A stretch of DNA of 64,000 nt from an uncultured Acidobacteriota bacterium (GTDB taxonomy: Bacteria; Acidobacteriota; Vicinamibacteria; Vicinamibacterales; JAKQTR01). The stretch covers positions 35,692 to 99,691 of the forward strand of contig CAVOWJ010000014.1 of the NCBI GenBank assembly GCA_963700065.1, written 5' to 3'. The notes below the pieces were generated by a model. That model was not told where the DNA came from and ran no database searches. It saw only the letters and a program-made list of their open reading frames with translations. The first letter of the stretch is position 1. The number at the start of each line of letters is the position of its first letter. This document shows, one piece after another, positions 1 through 10,907 of this stretch. A program made the position numbers and the translations under genes.

Positions 1-537
1 TCGCTCAAGACGCACCGCGAGTTCTTCGGGAGCGCCGGGCACGGGGAGGGTGAAGAGGCGGTTTGGCCGCTGGGCCTGGCCCTGCCGACGCTCGCCGGGG
101 TGACCGTGCTGGTGGCGCTGGTCAGCGAAGTGTTCGTCGAGTCGGTGCAGGGGGCCGCGCTCGAGTTGGGCATGACACCGGCCTTCGTGGGCTTCGTCGT
201 CGTGGCGCTGGTGGGAGGGGCGGCCGAGATGGCGTCCGCGTTCTCCGGCGCGCGCAAGAACAGGCTCGACTTGAGCGTGGGCATCGCCCTGGGCAGCGCC
301 TCCCAGATTGCGCTCTTCGTCGCGCCGGTGCTCGTGCTGCTCAGCTACGTGCTCGGCCCGTCGCCGATGGACCTGCAGTTCTGGCCCGGCGCCGTTGTCA
401 TGATGTTCCTCGCCACGATGACCGCGACCTTCCTGACAGGCGGCGGCCGTTCGGCGTGGTTCGTCGGCGCGCTGATGCTGATGGTGTATGCGGTGTTCGC
501 CATGACGCTGTACCTCCTGCCGCCGCAGGCGCGGTGA
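1..537 (+). CDS. Ca2+/H+ antiporter (CaCA/ChaA-CAX family), 3' part, truncated by the window edge
   Basis: Frame is open from position 1 (SLKTHREFF...). Alpha-2 repeat GGAAEMASA...LGSASQIALFVAPVLV and hydrophobic helices are present. Confidence 0.85.
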   Translation, partial: SLKTHREFFGSAGHGEGEEAVWPLGLALPTLAGVTVLVALVSEVFVESVQGAALELGMTPAFVGFVVVALVGGAAEMASAFSGARKNRLDLSVGIALGSASQIALFVAPVLVLLSYVLGPSPMDLQFWPGAVVMMFLATMTATFLTGGGRSAWFVGALMLMVYAVFAMTLYLLPPQAR

Positions 538-1196
538 TGCAGGGCCTTCCCTCGTCCTCCCGGCGCGTGCTGGATCCGGTGGACCGCGTGGCCGAGGTGC
601 TGTTCGGCCTCATCATGGTCCTCACCTTCACCGGGTCGCTCAGCGTCGCGGAGGCGGGCCGCGACGACGTGCGCGCCATGTTGATCGGCGCGCTGGGGTG
701 CAACCTGGCATGGGGCCTCATCGACGCCATCCTGTATCTCATGGGCTGCCTGGGGGAGCGCAGCAGGCAGGTGATGACCTTCCGGGCCGTGCGCGCGGCC
801 GGGAGCCCGGAACAGGCGCGCGCCATCCTCGCCGACGCGCTGCCGTCAGCCATCGCGCAGGTCATGGAGCCGGCGGAGTTCGAGGCCCTGCGCGCCCGGC
901 TGGCGAGATTGCCCGAGCCGCCGCCGCACGCACCATTGACGAAAGGAGACTGGCGCGGGGCGGCGGGCGTGTTTCTCCTGGTGTTCCTGTCCACCTTTCC
1001 GGTGGTGATTCCCTTCATCGTCATGCAGCAGGCCATGCCGGCCCTCCGCGTCTCCAACGTCATCGCCGTCCTGATGCTGTTCATGACCGGCGTGGCATAC
1101 GGGCGGGCCATCGGCCACCGTCCCCTCGGCATCGGGATTTCGATGGTCGCCCTCGGCCTCGCCCTGGTGGCCGTCACGATGGCGCTCGGAGGATGA
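537..1196 (+). CDS. VIT1/CCC1-like membrane protein
   Basis: ATG overlaps the upstream TGA (TGATG). Motifs LDPVDRVAEVLFGLIMVLTFT and GCNLAWGLIDA; about 5 TM helices. Confidence 0.7.
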   Translation: MQGLPSSSRRVLDPVDRVAEVLFGLIMVLTFTGSLSVAEAGRDDVRAMLIGALGCNLAWGLIDAILYLMGCLGERSRQVMTFRAVRAAGSPEQARAILADALPSAIAQVMEPAEFEALRARLARLPEPPPHAPLTKGDWRGAAGVFLLVFLSTFPVVIPFIVMQQAMPALRVSNVIAVLMLFMTGVAYGRAIGHRPLGIGISMVALGLALVAVTMALGG

Positions 1197-1873
1197 GGCG
1201 CATGAGAGCGGTCGCGCTCGCCGTCCTCGCCGCGGTCGTCGGTGCCAGCGCGGCCTGGGCCCAGACCGGGACGGGGACGCCCCCCGTGACGGCAACAGCG
1301 CCGCCTCCCGCCGAGGCGGCGGCGCCAGAGAAGGCGTGGTCGTTCTCCGCCGCCGCCAACACCTATGTCCTTCCGGACGAGCCGAACTATGTGCAGCCGG
1401 CGGCCACGGCCGACCGCGGCTGGCTGCACCTCGAAGGGCGTTTCAACTACGAAGACCGCGACACCGGGTCGGTCTGGTTCGGCTACAACTTCAGCGTCGG
1501 CGACCGGCTCGTCTTCGAGTTCACCCCGATGGTGGGCGCCGTCTTCGGGAGCACGGATGGCGTGGCGCCGGGCTACAGTGGATCGCTCGGTTGGGGCATG
1601 CTGACGCTCTACAGCGAAACCGAGTTCGTGTTCGACGCCGGCGACTCCGCCGACAACTTCCTCTACACCTGGTCGGAATTCGAAGTGGCGCCGGTGGACT
1701 GGTTACGCTTCGGGCTGGTGGCTCAGCGCACGAAGGTCTACCAGACGGATTTCGACATCCAGCGCGGCTTCTTCGCAGGGGTGTCGTACAAGCGTGCCGA
1801 TCTGACGACGTACGTGTTCAACCCGGACGCCGACCGGCCCACGGTCGTTGTGACCGTCGCGGTCGGCTTCTAA
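1193..1873 (+). CDS. Putative outer-membrane beta-barrel protein
   Basis: ATGA overlap with the upstream stop; signal peptide (AWA-Q); alternating aromatic strands; C-terminal ...VAVGF. Confidence 0.65.
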   Translation: MRRMRAVALAVLAAVVGASAAWAQTGTGTPPVTATAPPPAEAAAPEKAWSFSAAANTYVLPDEPNYVQPAATADRGWLHLEGRFNYEDRDTGSVWFGYNFSVGDRLVFEFTPMVGAVFGSTDGVAPGYSGSLGWGMLTLYSETEFVFDAGDSADNFLYTWSEFEVAPVDWLRFGLVAQRTKVYQTDFDIQRGFFAGVSYKRADLTTYVFNPDADRPTVVVTVAVGF

Positions 1874-2149
1874 ATGAGAGGCCGCGACTTGAGATCGCCG
1901 CGGGGCGGGTCGAGCCTGGCAGCGGACGAGCCGTACGGAGCAGGCCGCGCGGGATGGCCGGAACCCGACGAGCGGGCGGAGGGTTCCCGGGCGCGGCGCG
2001 TAGCGGTCGAGCCAGCGCGGATCGCGCGAGCCCGTGGAGAGAGCCGGAACCCGACGCCAAGCCGAGGAGGGTTCCCGGCCTGCGGAGTCCGGCTCGGGAG
2101 CCGGCGGGCCCGACCCGCCAGCGACCCAGCATCGTGGCCTCTCATTTAG
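1870..2149. mobile_element. MITE-like element, long copy (terminal inverted repeats, TA duplication at CTAG)
   Basis: CTAAATGAGAGGCCGCGA (1870-1887) and TCGTGGCCTCTCATTTAG (2132-2149) form a 17/18 inverted repeat. Removing the element restores TTC TAG followed by the amylase RBS. Homologous to 14933-15039. Confidence 0.75.
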
Positions 2150-2168
2150 GAAGCGGGAGGGAGTCACC

Positions 2169-3665
2169 ATGGAGCGAACGCATCGGCCGGCGCCGCGCTA
2201 CCCGTCGCTTTACCAGGTCAACACCAGGGTGTGGCTGACGGACCTCGCGAGGGCCCTGGGCCGCCCGGCCACGCTCGACGACATCCCGGACGCCGAGCTC
2301 GACCGGCTCGCCGCGTCGGGCTTCGACTGGGTCTGGCTGCTGAGCGTCTGGCAAACGGGCGAGGCCGGGCGCCAGGTGTCGCGGGCGAACCCCGAGTGGC
2401 GAAGGGAGTTCGAGGCGACCCTCCCCGACCTGCGCGAGGACGACATTGCCGGGTCCGGGTTTGCCATTACGGCCTACCGCGTGGCGGACCACCTGGGAGG
2501 CGACGCGGCGCTCGCCAGGCTCCGCAAACGGCTGCAGAAACGGCGCCTCCGGCTGATGCTGGACTTCGTGCCGAACCACTCGGGACTCGACCATCCATGG
2601 GTGCTCGAGCATCCTGACTACTATGTGGCAGGGTCCGAGGAAGACCTGGCGCGAGCGCCCGCGAACTACACACGTCCTCCGCTGGCGCCAGGCGGCCTGA
2701 TCCTCGCCCACGGCCGCGACCCGTACTTCCCGGGCTGGCCGGACACGCTGCAACTCGACTACGGCAACCCGGCGGCGCGGCAGGCCATGATCGCCGAGTT
2801 GACGCGCATTGCCGACCAGTGCGACGGCGTGCGCTGCGACATGGCGATGCTGTTGCTCCCCGACGTGTTCGAACGCACGTGGGGCCGGCCGTCCGGACCG
2901 TTCTGGCCGCGCGCCACCGAAGCGGTGCGCCAGCGGGTGCCCGGGTTCTGCTTCATGGCCGAGGTCTACTGGGACCTGGAATGGGCGCTGCAGCAGCAGG
3001 GGTTCGACTACACTTACGACAAGCGGCTGTACGACCGCCTGCGTGAGGGGCAGGCCCGGCCGGTGCGCGAGCACCTGCACGCGGGCCTCGACTTCCAGGA
3101 CAGGCTGGCCCGCTTCCTCGAGAACCACGACGAGCCGCGCGCGGCGGCAACGTTCCCGGAAGGCCGGCATGAAGCGGCGGCCGTGCTCACCTATCTGGCG
3201 CCTGGCTTTCGCTTCTTCCACCACGGCCAGTTTGAGGGGCGCACCCGCAGGATCTCCCCGCACCTCTGCCGGGCCCCGGACGAGCCGGTCAACGAGCGCC
3301 TTGCCGCGTTCTACGATCGCCTGCTGGCCGTGTTGCGGCGCCCCGAGGTGCGCCACGGCGACTGGCGGCTGCTGCCGTGCGGGGTCGCATGGGACGGCAA
3401 TGCGACCTGGGAGAACTACGTCGCCTATGGCTGGGATCAGGGCGGTGAGAACCGGCTGATCGTTGCCGTCAACGCGGCGCCGGTATACGGCCAGTGCTTC
3501 ATCCGGCTGCCGTTCCACGACCTCGGCGGCCGCCGGTGGCGGCTGACCGACCTGATGGGCACGGCGGTCTACGATCGGGATGGCAGCGAGCTGCAGACCT
3601 GGGGCCTGTTCCTGAACGAGCCCCCGTGGAAGGCCCAGGTCTTCGCCATGAGTGCAGTAGAATGA
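2169..3665 (+). CDS. GH13 alpha-amylase family glycoside hydrolase
   Basis: RBS GGGAGGGAG; conserved regions LDFVPNH, DGVRCDMAM, MAEVY and FLENHDE. Confidence 0.9.
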   Translation: MERTHRPAPRYPSLYQVNTRVWLTDLARALGRPATLDDIPDAELDRLAASGFDWVWLLSVWQTGEAGRQVSRANPEWRREFEATLPDLREDDIAGSGFAITAYRVADHLGGDAALARLRKRLQKRRLRLMLDFVPNHSGLDHPWVLEHPDYYVAGSEEDLARAPANYTRPPLAPGGLILAHGRDPYFPGWPDTLQLDYGNPAARQAMIAELTRIADQCDGVRCDMAMLLLPDVFERTWGRPSGPFWPRATEAVRQRVPGFCFMAEVYWDLEWALQQQGFDYTYDKRLYDRLREGQARPVREHLHAGLDFQDRLARFLENHDEPRAAATFPEGRHEAAAVLTYLAPGFRFFHHGQFEGRTRRISPHLCRAPDEPVNERLAAFYDRLLAVLRRPEVRHGDWRLLPCGVAWDGNATWENYVAYGWDQGGENRLIVAVNAAPVYGQCFIRLPFHDLGGRRWRLTDLMGTAVYDRDGSELQTWGLFLNEPPWKAQVFAMSAVE

Positions 3666-3728
3666 ACGCTTGCAATGGAGACCGTGAGCACCGCCCGGCG
3701 ATGTTCTTGAACAGATGAGGTCCTCGAG

Positions 3729-4871
3729 ATGATGCGCAATCCAATCCTCTTCCTCTGTGGCGTGGCGCTGGTGACAGCCTCGGCGTGTTCGAAGGAAGCG
3801 CCTCCGGCCGCGCCTCCGCCGCCCGAGGTGATGGTGACCGAGCCTATCCAGCGAGACGTTCCTGTCTTCATGGAGCTGGTGGGCCAGGCCGTCGGGTTCC
3901 AGGATGTCGAAATCCGGGCGCGCGTCGAGGGTTTCCTCGAGACGGTGGCCTTCACGGAAGGCACGCTGGTGCGCAAGGGTCAGTTGCTGTACCACGATCG
4001 ACCCCAAGCCGCTGCAGGCGGCCGTCGCCAACGCGAAGGCCAATCTCGCGACGTGGCAGGCCAGGCTCGAGAAGTCGAAGAACGACGTCGCCCGCCTCAA
4101 GCCCCTGGCGGCGCAGCAGGCCGTCAGCCAGCAGGAACTGGACAACGCCCTGGCGGCCCAGGACGCGGCGGTCGCCCAGGTGGACGCCGCGAAAGCGGCT
4201 CTCGAGAAGGCTGAGTTCGATCTCGAGCTACACGACGATCAGCGCGCCGCATCGACGGCCTCATCGGGACGACGAAGGTGAAGGCGGGCAACCTCGTCGG
4301 GCGCGGCGAGAGCACGCTGCTCGTGACCATCTCGCAGATCGATCCGATCCTGTTCCGCGCGGGCATCGCCGAGGCCGAGTATCTCAAGGTGGCCAGGCGC
4401 TTCTCAGGAAGCGAGGGCGCAGGGGGTCGTCCAGGGCGAGAAGATGCCCATCCAGCTCGATGCTGGCTGACGGCACCGTGCATCCGCACGACGGGCCGCC
4501 TGGACGCCGTCGAGCGGAACGTCGACACGACCACCGGCACAATCGCGCTGCAGATCAAGTTCGCCAACCCCGAGCGCCTCGTCCGTCCGGGCCAGTTCGG
4601 CCGCGTGAAGTTCGACATCGACCAGAAGAAGGGCGCCCTGCTGGTGCCCCAGCGGGCCGTCCAGGAGCTGCAGAACCTCTACAGCCTGGCCGTGGTCGGG
4701 CCCGACAACAAGGTCACCTTCCGCAACGTGACGGTGGGGCCGCGCGAAGGGAGCCTCTGGGTGATCGAGGAGGGGCTGAAGGCCGGCGAGCGGGTGATTG
4801 TCGAGGGGCTCCAGAAGGTCCGCGAGGGAGCCGTCGTGGCGCCAAAGCCCATGGCGGCGGAGGTGAAGTAG
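3729..4871 (+). CDS. RND efflux periplasmic adaptor (MFP) lipoprotein; apparent frameshifts near 3995 and 4230, with a local shift near 4430-4490
   Basis: Lipobox ASAC; motifs VEIRARVEGFL, GNLVGRGE and LVRPGQFGRV are spread over three frames. Confidence 0.85.
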
Positions 4872-4873
4872 CC

Positions 4874-7800
4874 ATGGCGCGCTTCTTCATCAACCGGCCC
4901 ATCGTGGCGATGGTCATCTCCATCGTCACGGTGCTGCTCGGCTTCGTGGCCATGTCCGGGCTGCCGATCGCGCAGTACCCGGAGATCGTGCCGCCGATGG
5001 TGCAGGTCACGACGACGTTCGTCGGCGCGAGCGCCACCGACGTCGAGGCCTCGGTCGCCACACCGGCCGAGCAGAAGATCAACGGCGTCGAGAACTCGAT
5101 CTACATGAAATCGACCAACGCCAACGACGGCACGCTGACCCTGAAGGTGAGCTTCGACGTCGGGTCGAACCTCGACATGGCGAACGTCCTGACGCAGAAC
5201 AAGCTGTCGGAGGCGATGCCCCAGCTGCCCGCGTCGGTCAAGACCTACGGCGTCGCGGTGAAGAAGGCGCTGGCCTTCCCGCTACTGGTCATCTCGATCA
5301 AGTCGCCGAACGGGACGTACGACAACAACTTCCTGTCGAACTACACGACGATCAACATCCAGGACAACCTGGCGCGCATCAAGGGCGTCGGCCAGATCAA
5401 CCTGTTCGGCGGCAGCGACTACGCGATGCGCGTCTGGCTCAGACCGGACCGGATCGCGCGCCTCGGCATCACGGTGCCGGACATCGTGAACGCCATCTCG
5501 CAGCAGAACACCCTGTCGCCGTCGGGGCAGTTCGGAGGCCAGCCGGCTGTCGCCGGGACGGAATTCACCTACACCGTCCGGACCCAGGGGCGCCTGCTGA
5601 ACGAGGCCGAATTCGGCGAGATCATCGTCCGCTCGAACCCTGACGGGTCGCAGGTCCGCCTGAAGGACGTGGCGCGCATCGAGCTCGGCACGCAGCTCTA
5701 CAACGCCGTCGGCCGCCACGACGGGAAGCCCGCGGCCGTCCTCGCCGTCTTCCAGATCCCCGGCACCAACGCCCTCGCGGTCGCCGACGAGATCAAGAAG
5801 ACGATGGAAGACCTGAAGACGCGGTTCCCGCGGGACCTCGAGTACAAGGTCTCGCTCGACACCACGCTGCCGGTCTCGGAGGGCATCACCGAAATCGTCC
5901 ACACGCTGTTCGAGGCCGTCGCCCTCGTCATCATCGTGGTGTTCATCTTCCTGCAGAACTGGCGCGCCACGCTGATCCCGCTGATGACCGTACCGGTTTC
6001 GCTGGTCGGCGCGTTCATCTTCTTCCCGATGCTCGGGTTCTCGATCAACGTGCTGTCGCTGCTCGGCCTCGTGCTCGCCATCGGCATCGTTGTCGACGAC
6101 GCGATCGTCGTGGTCGAAGCGGTCATGCACCACATCGAGCACGGCATGTCCCCGAAGGAAGCCACGTACAAGGCCATGGAGGAAGTGTCGGGGCCGGTGG
6201 TGGCCATCGCCCTCATCCTGGCGGCGGTGTTCGTGCCGGTCGGCTTCATGCCCGGCATCTCGGGCATGCTCTACCAGCAGTTCGCCATCACCATCGCGAT
6301 CTCGGTGCTGCTGTCGGCGTTCAACGCGCTGACGCTGTCGCCGGCGCTCGCGGCGCTCCTGCTCAAGCCGCGCGACGGGGAAGAAGACGCTGCTGACGCC
6401 GTTCTACCGCGTCTTCAACAAGGCCTTCGGCAAAGGGACCGACGTCTACATCACCTTCGCGGGCTTCCTGGCCCGCAAGCTGGTGGTGAGCGTCGCGCTC
6501 ATCGGCGTGCTCGTGTTCCTGACCGTGGCGCTGGTCGGCCGCATCCCGGGCGGGTTCGTGCCGGAGGAGGACCAGGGCTACATCCTCGTGAACGCGATGC
6601 TGCCCGACGCCTCGTCGCTGCGAGCGGACCGACACCGTGATGAAGAAGGTCGAGCAGATCCTGCACGAGAACGAGGGCGTCGAGGGCTACAACACGATCA
6701 GCGGCTTCAGCCTGATCACCGGCGCGTACTCCTCGAACATGGGCTTCTTCTTCGTCCAGCTCAAAGAGTGGAAGGAGCGCACCACCCCCGAGTTGCACTC
6801 GAACGGCATCGTCAACGCGCTCAACAACGCGTTCGCCAAGGAGATCCCGGAGGGGGTCATCGTGGCCTTCGGTCCGCCGTCCATCCCCGGCCTCGGCACC
6901 GGAGCGGGGTTCACGATGGAACTGCAGGACCGGATCGGCCATACCCCGGAATGGCTGGCCCAGCAGGCGGATCAGTTCATCGCCGCCGCCAGGAAGCGGC
7001 CCGAGATTGGACGCCTCAGCACGCTGTACCGCGCGAACGTGCCGCAGGTGTACGCCGACATCGACCGCAGCAAGGTGCTGAAGGTCGGCGTGCCCATCGC
7101 GGACGTCAACACCACGCTCGGGGCGCTGCTCGGCAGTTCGTACGTCAACGACTTCAACCGGTTCGGGCGCGTCTACAAGGTCTACGTCCAGGCTGAGGCC
7201 GAGTTCCGGCGCGACCCGAAGCAGCTCGGCCTCTTCTACGTGCGCAGCGCCAAGGGCGACATGGTGCCGCTCGACACCGTGGTGTCGACGCGATCGACCA
7301 GCGGGCCGGAGTTCACCAACCGGTTCAATCTCTATCGTGCGGCCGAAGTTACGGGCGTGCCCGCGGAGGGCTTCAGCTCCGCGCAGGCGCTGAAGGCGCT
7401 CGAGGAGGTGGCGGCCGAGGTGCTGTCGCCGGACATGGGCTACGACTGGGCCGACATGTCGTACCAGGAGAAACGCGCGCCCAACCCGCTCCCGACCTTC
7501 GCGGTCGCGATCTTCCTCGTGTTCCTGGTGCTCGCGGCGCAGTACCAAAGCTGGACGCTACCGTTCAGCGTCCTGCTCGGCACGCCGTTCGCGGCTTTCG
7601 GGGCCTACTTCGGCCTGTGGGCGGCGCGGCACTCCTCGAACAGCTACGTGAACAACATCTTCGCGCAGATCGGCCTCATCATGCTGATCGGCCTGGCGGC
7701 GAAGAACGCGATCCTGATCGTCGAGTTCGCCAAGATGCTGCACGAACAGGGCAAGGACGTGTACTCCGCCGCGATCGAGTCCGCGAGGCTGCGCTTCCGC

Positions 7801-8053
7801 CCAATCCTCATGACGGCGTTCGCGTTCATTCTAGGGCGTCGTCCCCCTGGTGCGTGCCAGCGGCGCCGGCGCCGAGTCGCGCAAGGTCATGGGCATGACC
7901 GTGTTCGCCGGCATGCTGATCGCCACGATCCTCGGCGTCCTGCTGGTGCCGATGCTCTTCACGCTGGTCGGCAAGCTGACCGGCTCCAAACCCGGGCCGG
8001 TGCCCGAGGCCGGTCCGCCGGCCGCCGGCGAGGCGCACGGAGGAGGCCACTGA
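4874..8053 (+). CDS. RND efflux permease (HAE1/AcrB family); apparent frameshifts near 6378, 6620 and 7837
   Basis: Motifs MARFFINRPI, GIVVDDAIVVVE, GLAAKNAILIVEFA and RFRPILMT. Confidence 0.9.
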
Positions 8054-9528
8054 TGAACACCCAACACCTCTTCCGCAGGGCTGGGATTTCGGCGGCGTCC
8101 GCCGTGATCGCGCTGACGCTGGCGGGCTGCACGGTGGGCCCCAACTACGAACGTCCAAAACTGGAGCCGCCGGCGCAGCATCGGAACCTGCCGCCGGCCC
8201 CCGCGCCGAGCCCGGAAACGGTCGCCGACCTGCACTGGTGGCAACTGTTCCAGGATCCCGCCCTCCAGGCCCTGATCCGCGACGGCGTGGCCAACAACCT
8301 CGACCTGCGGGTCGCCTCGGCGCGCGTGGTCGAGGCCCGCGCCCTGGCCGGCGTCGCCAAGTCGTTCCTCTACCCGGAGGTTGGCGCCGGCTTCGGGACC
8401 TCGCAGCAGCAGCAGTCGCGCGTCGGCGATCCGAAGCTCTCCAAGGAGCAGGTGCCTGATCGGACCTACAGCAACTGGGCGCTCACCGGCTCGCTGTCCT
8501 GGGAGATCGACCTGTTCGGCAAGCTCCGCCGCAACAGGGAAGCCGCCTTCGCGCAGTACATCGCGTCGGAGGAGGGCCGGAAGGCCCTGCTGGTCACGCT
8601 TGTCGGCGACATCGCGTCGACCTACTTCTACCTGCGCGAACTGGATCTCCAGCTCGAGATCGCCCGGCGGACCGTCACGCTCAACGACGACACCGTCCTG
8701 TACTACACCCGGCGGCTTCAGGGCGGCGTGTCCAACCGGCTCGAGGTGGATCAGGCCAAGGCCAACAGGGCGGTGACGGGGGCGGCTATTCCCGACATCG
8801 AGCGCCAGATCGCCATCGCCGAGAACGCGCTGAGCGTGCTGCTGGGCCGGGCACCGGGTGCCGTTGCCAGGTGGAAGCCCCTGTCCGAGAAGGAGGTTCC
8901 GCCGCAGGTGCCCAGCGGCCTGCCGGCCCAGTTGCTCGAACGGCGGCCGGACGTGCTGCAGGCGGAGCAGTTGCTCGTCGCCGCGAATGCGAACATCGGC
9001 GTGGCCAAGGCACTGTTCTACCCGTCCATCAGCCTCACCGGCTCTCTGGGCACGGTGAGCAGCTCGCTCTCGGACTTCATGAGCGCCGACTCGCTCGTCT
9101 GGTCGTTCGGGGCCGGCCTCTTTCAGCCGATCTTCAACGGCGGCCGGATCAAGCAGAACTACGAGGCCGCGGTGGCCCGCTACGATCAGGCGCTGGCCCA
9201 GTACCAGCGGTCGGCGCTCAACGCGTACCGCGAAGTGGCCGACGCACTCATCACGATCCAGAAGCTGGCCGAGCGGCGGACGGAGATCGAGTCGGGCGTC
9301 GAGGCCCTGCGGGACGCGCAGCAATTGTCGCGCGCGCGCTATGACACGGGGCTGTCGAGCTACCTCGAGGTGCTCATCGCCGACCAGCAGTTGTTCTCCC
9401 AGGAGCTCCAGCTCGCCCAGGTGCGCGGGTCGCAGCTGCGGGCGGTCACGCAGCTCTACCGGGCGCTTGGCGGCGGATGGCAGCCTGAGACGCTGCCGGC
9501 TCCCGCGCCGGGCACGGAGAAGAAATAG
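8053..9528 (+). CDS. RND efflux outer-membrane factor lipoprotein (OprM/NodT family)
   Basis: TGATG coupling; lipobox LAGC-TVGPNY; motifs WEIDLFG, LLERRPDV and LYRALGGGW. Confidence 0.9.
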   Translation: MNTQHLFRRAGISAASAVIALTLAGCTVGPNYERPKLEPPAQHRNLPPAPAPSPETVADLHWWQLFQDPALQALIRDGVANNLDLRVASARVVEARALAGVAKSFLYPEVGAGFGTSQQQQSRVGDPKLSKEQVPDRTYSNWALTGSLSWEIDLFGKLRRNREAAFAQYIASEEGRKALLVTLVGDIASTYFYLRELDLQLEIARRTVTLNDDTVLYYTRRLQGGVSNRLEVDQAKANRAVTGAAIPDIERQIAIAENALSVLLGRAPGAVARWKPLSEKEVPPQVPSGLPAQLLERRPDVLQAEQLLVAANANIGVAKALFYPSISLTGSLGTVSSSLSDFMSADSLVWSFGAGLFQPIFNGGRIKQNYEAAVARYDQALAQYQRSALNAYREVADALITIQKLAERRTEIESGVEALRDAQQLSRARYDTGLSSYLEVLIADQQLFSQELQLAQVRGSQLRAVTQLYRALGGGWQPETLPAPAPGTEKK

Positions 9529-9615
9529 GGTCGCCCCCGGCGAGGCACCCGAAACGAACGCGCGAGCGTCATATCACCAGTGGGATTCCACCCCCGCGAC
9601 AAGGAGGACACGTCG

Positions 9616-10194
9616 ATGCGCAAGATCGTGGCGTTGGCCATCGTAGCCGGGTTCCTGCTGACCGGACCGGCCCGGGCGCAGGACAAGGAAGAGAAGACGA
9701 AGCCCTACCGCTTCACGGCGTTCGCGATCAACATGAACAGCGGCCCGAGGGCGGGAGCGGTCGACATCGTCCTCGAACGCCTGACGACCGACGAGGAGCG
9801 CCAGAGCCTGATCGCCGCCTTCATGGAGGGGGGGCAGGATGCGCTGCTGAAGGCGCTGCAGAAGGTGAAGCCGCGCGTCGGCTACATCCGCACGCCGAAC
9901 TCGCTCGGGTACGACCTTCAGTACGCCTACCGCTTCGCGAACTCCGACGGCACCAGCCGCGTGATCATCGGCACCGATCGCCCGATCAACTTCTGGGAAG
10001 CCAGCACCAGGCCGCGGACGATTGACTATCCGTTCACGATCATCGAGATGCGCCTTGACGCCAAGGGGCAGGGTGAAGGCCGGATGGCGGCAGGCACGAA
10101 GATTTCCAGGAGCAAGGACGGCAAGACCATCGAGCTCGAGAACTACGGCATCTCGCCGGTGGCGCTGAACGAGATCAAGCTCCAGAAGCGGTGA
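9616..10194 (+). CDS. Secreted hypothetical protein
   Basis: Strong RBS AAGGAGG; signal peptide ending ARA-Q; typical codon usage. Confidence 0.75.
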   Translation: MRKIVALAIVAGFLLTGPARAQDKEEKTKPYRFTAFAINMNSGPRAGAVDIVLERLTTDEERQSLIAAFMEGGQDALLKALQKVKPRVGYIRTPNSLGYDLQYAYRFANSDGTSRVIIGTDRPINFWEASTRPRTIDYPFTIIEMRLDAKGQGEGRMAAGTKISRSKDGKTIELENYGISPVALNEIKLQKR

Positions 10195-10204
10195 CCTGGC
10201 GACC

Positions 10205-10867
10205 ATGGACCAGCGAGGGGCCTTGCTGCATGCGCGATTCGGCTTCGTGCTGCTCCTGCAGTTTGGCCTCCTCATCTGGCTCGTGGCGTTCGACCGGGGC
10301 CGGGACTCCCGGCTGCTCCTGAACCTCACGGGCGTCCTCGTCCCGCTATTCGCGTTCGTCGTCATCACCAGCCGCAAACGCGACCGGTGGGCCGTCATCG
10401 CCCTCGCCGCCGGCGCGATGGTGTTCAGCGGAGGCGCGATCTCCGGCATCCGCCCCGGCAGCATCGATGCGGGCCCGCTGCTGGCGGTCGTGTTCTCCGG
10501 CTATGCCACCTGGAGAATGCTCGCCGGGATCCTCCGCAGCCAGCAGGTGTCGGGCGACGTCCTGGCCGGGGCGCTCGCCACCTACATCATGGCCGGCCTG
10601 GCGTTCGCGCTGGTGTACGGCGTGCTGGTCAACATTCGGCCTGACGCCTTCCTGACCGGCACGGCCGGGCCAGCCTCGTTCCCGGATCTCGTCTACTTCA
10701 GCTTCGTGACGCTGCTGACGATCGGCTTCGGTGACGTGACGCCGGTGACGCCCGTCGCCCGGGCCGTGGTCCTCGTCGAGGGGCTCTTCGGCGTGGTCTT
10801 CACCACGGTCGTCATGGCATCCCTCGTCGCCGCGCACCTGCAGCAGCGGGCGCGCGAGTCGGGCTGA
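10205..10867 (+). CDS. Potassium channel family protein (Ion_trans_2)
   Basis: Selectivity filter YFSFVTLLTIGFGDVTP; multiple TM helices. Confidence 0.85.
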   Translation: MDQRGALLHARFGFVLLLQFGLLIWLVAFDRGRDSRLLLNLTGVLVPLFAFVVITSRKRDRWAVIALAAGAMVFSGGAISGIRPGSIDAGPLLAVVFSGYATWRMLAGILRSQQVSGDVLAGALATYIMAGLAFALVYGVLVNIRPDAFLTGTAGPASFPDLVYFSFVTLLTIGFGDVTPVTPVARAVVLVEGLFGVVFTTVVMASLVAAHLQQRARESG

Positions 10868-10907
10868 GTCGCGGCCGGACCGGCCTTCGCGTGATCGGCG
10901 GGCCCTC

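Noticed and set aside
1870-2149. Mirror-image 91-aa ORFs on both strands (1870..2145 - and 1874..2149 +)
   Set aside because: Their starts and stops come from the terminal inverted repeats; the products are Arg/Pro/Gly-rich with no RBS, and the short copy lacks them.
6637-9528. Apparent RND permease-OMF fusion (963 aa), and MFP-RND read-through 3785..6640
   Set aside because: Caused by frameshifts; the OMF has its own TGATG-coupled start, RBS and lipoprotein signal at 8053.
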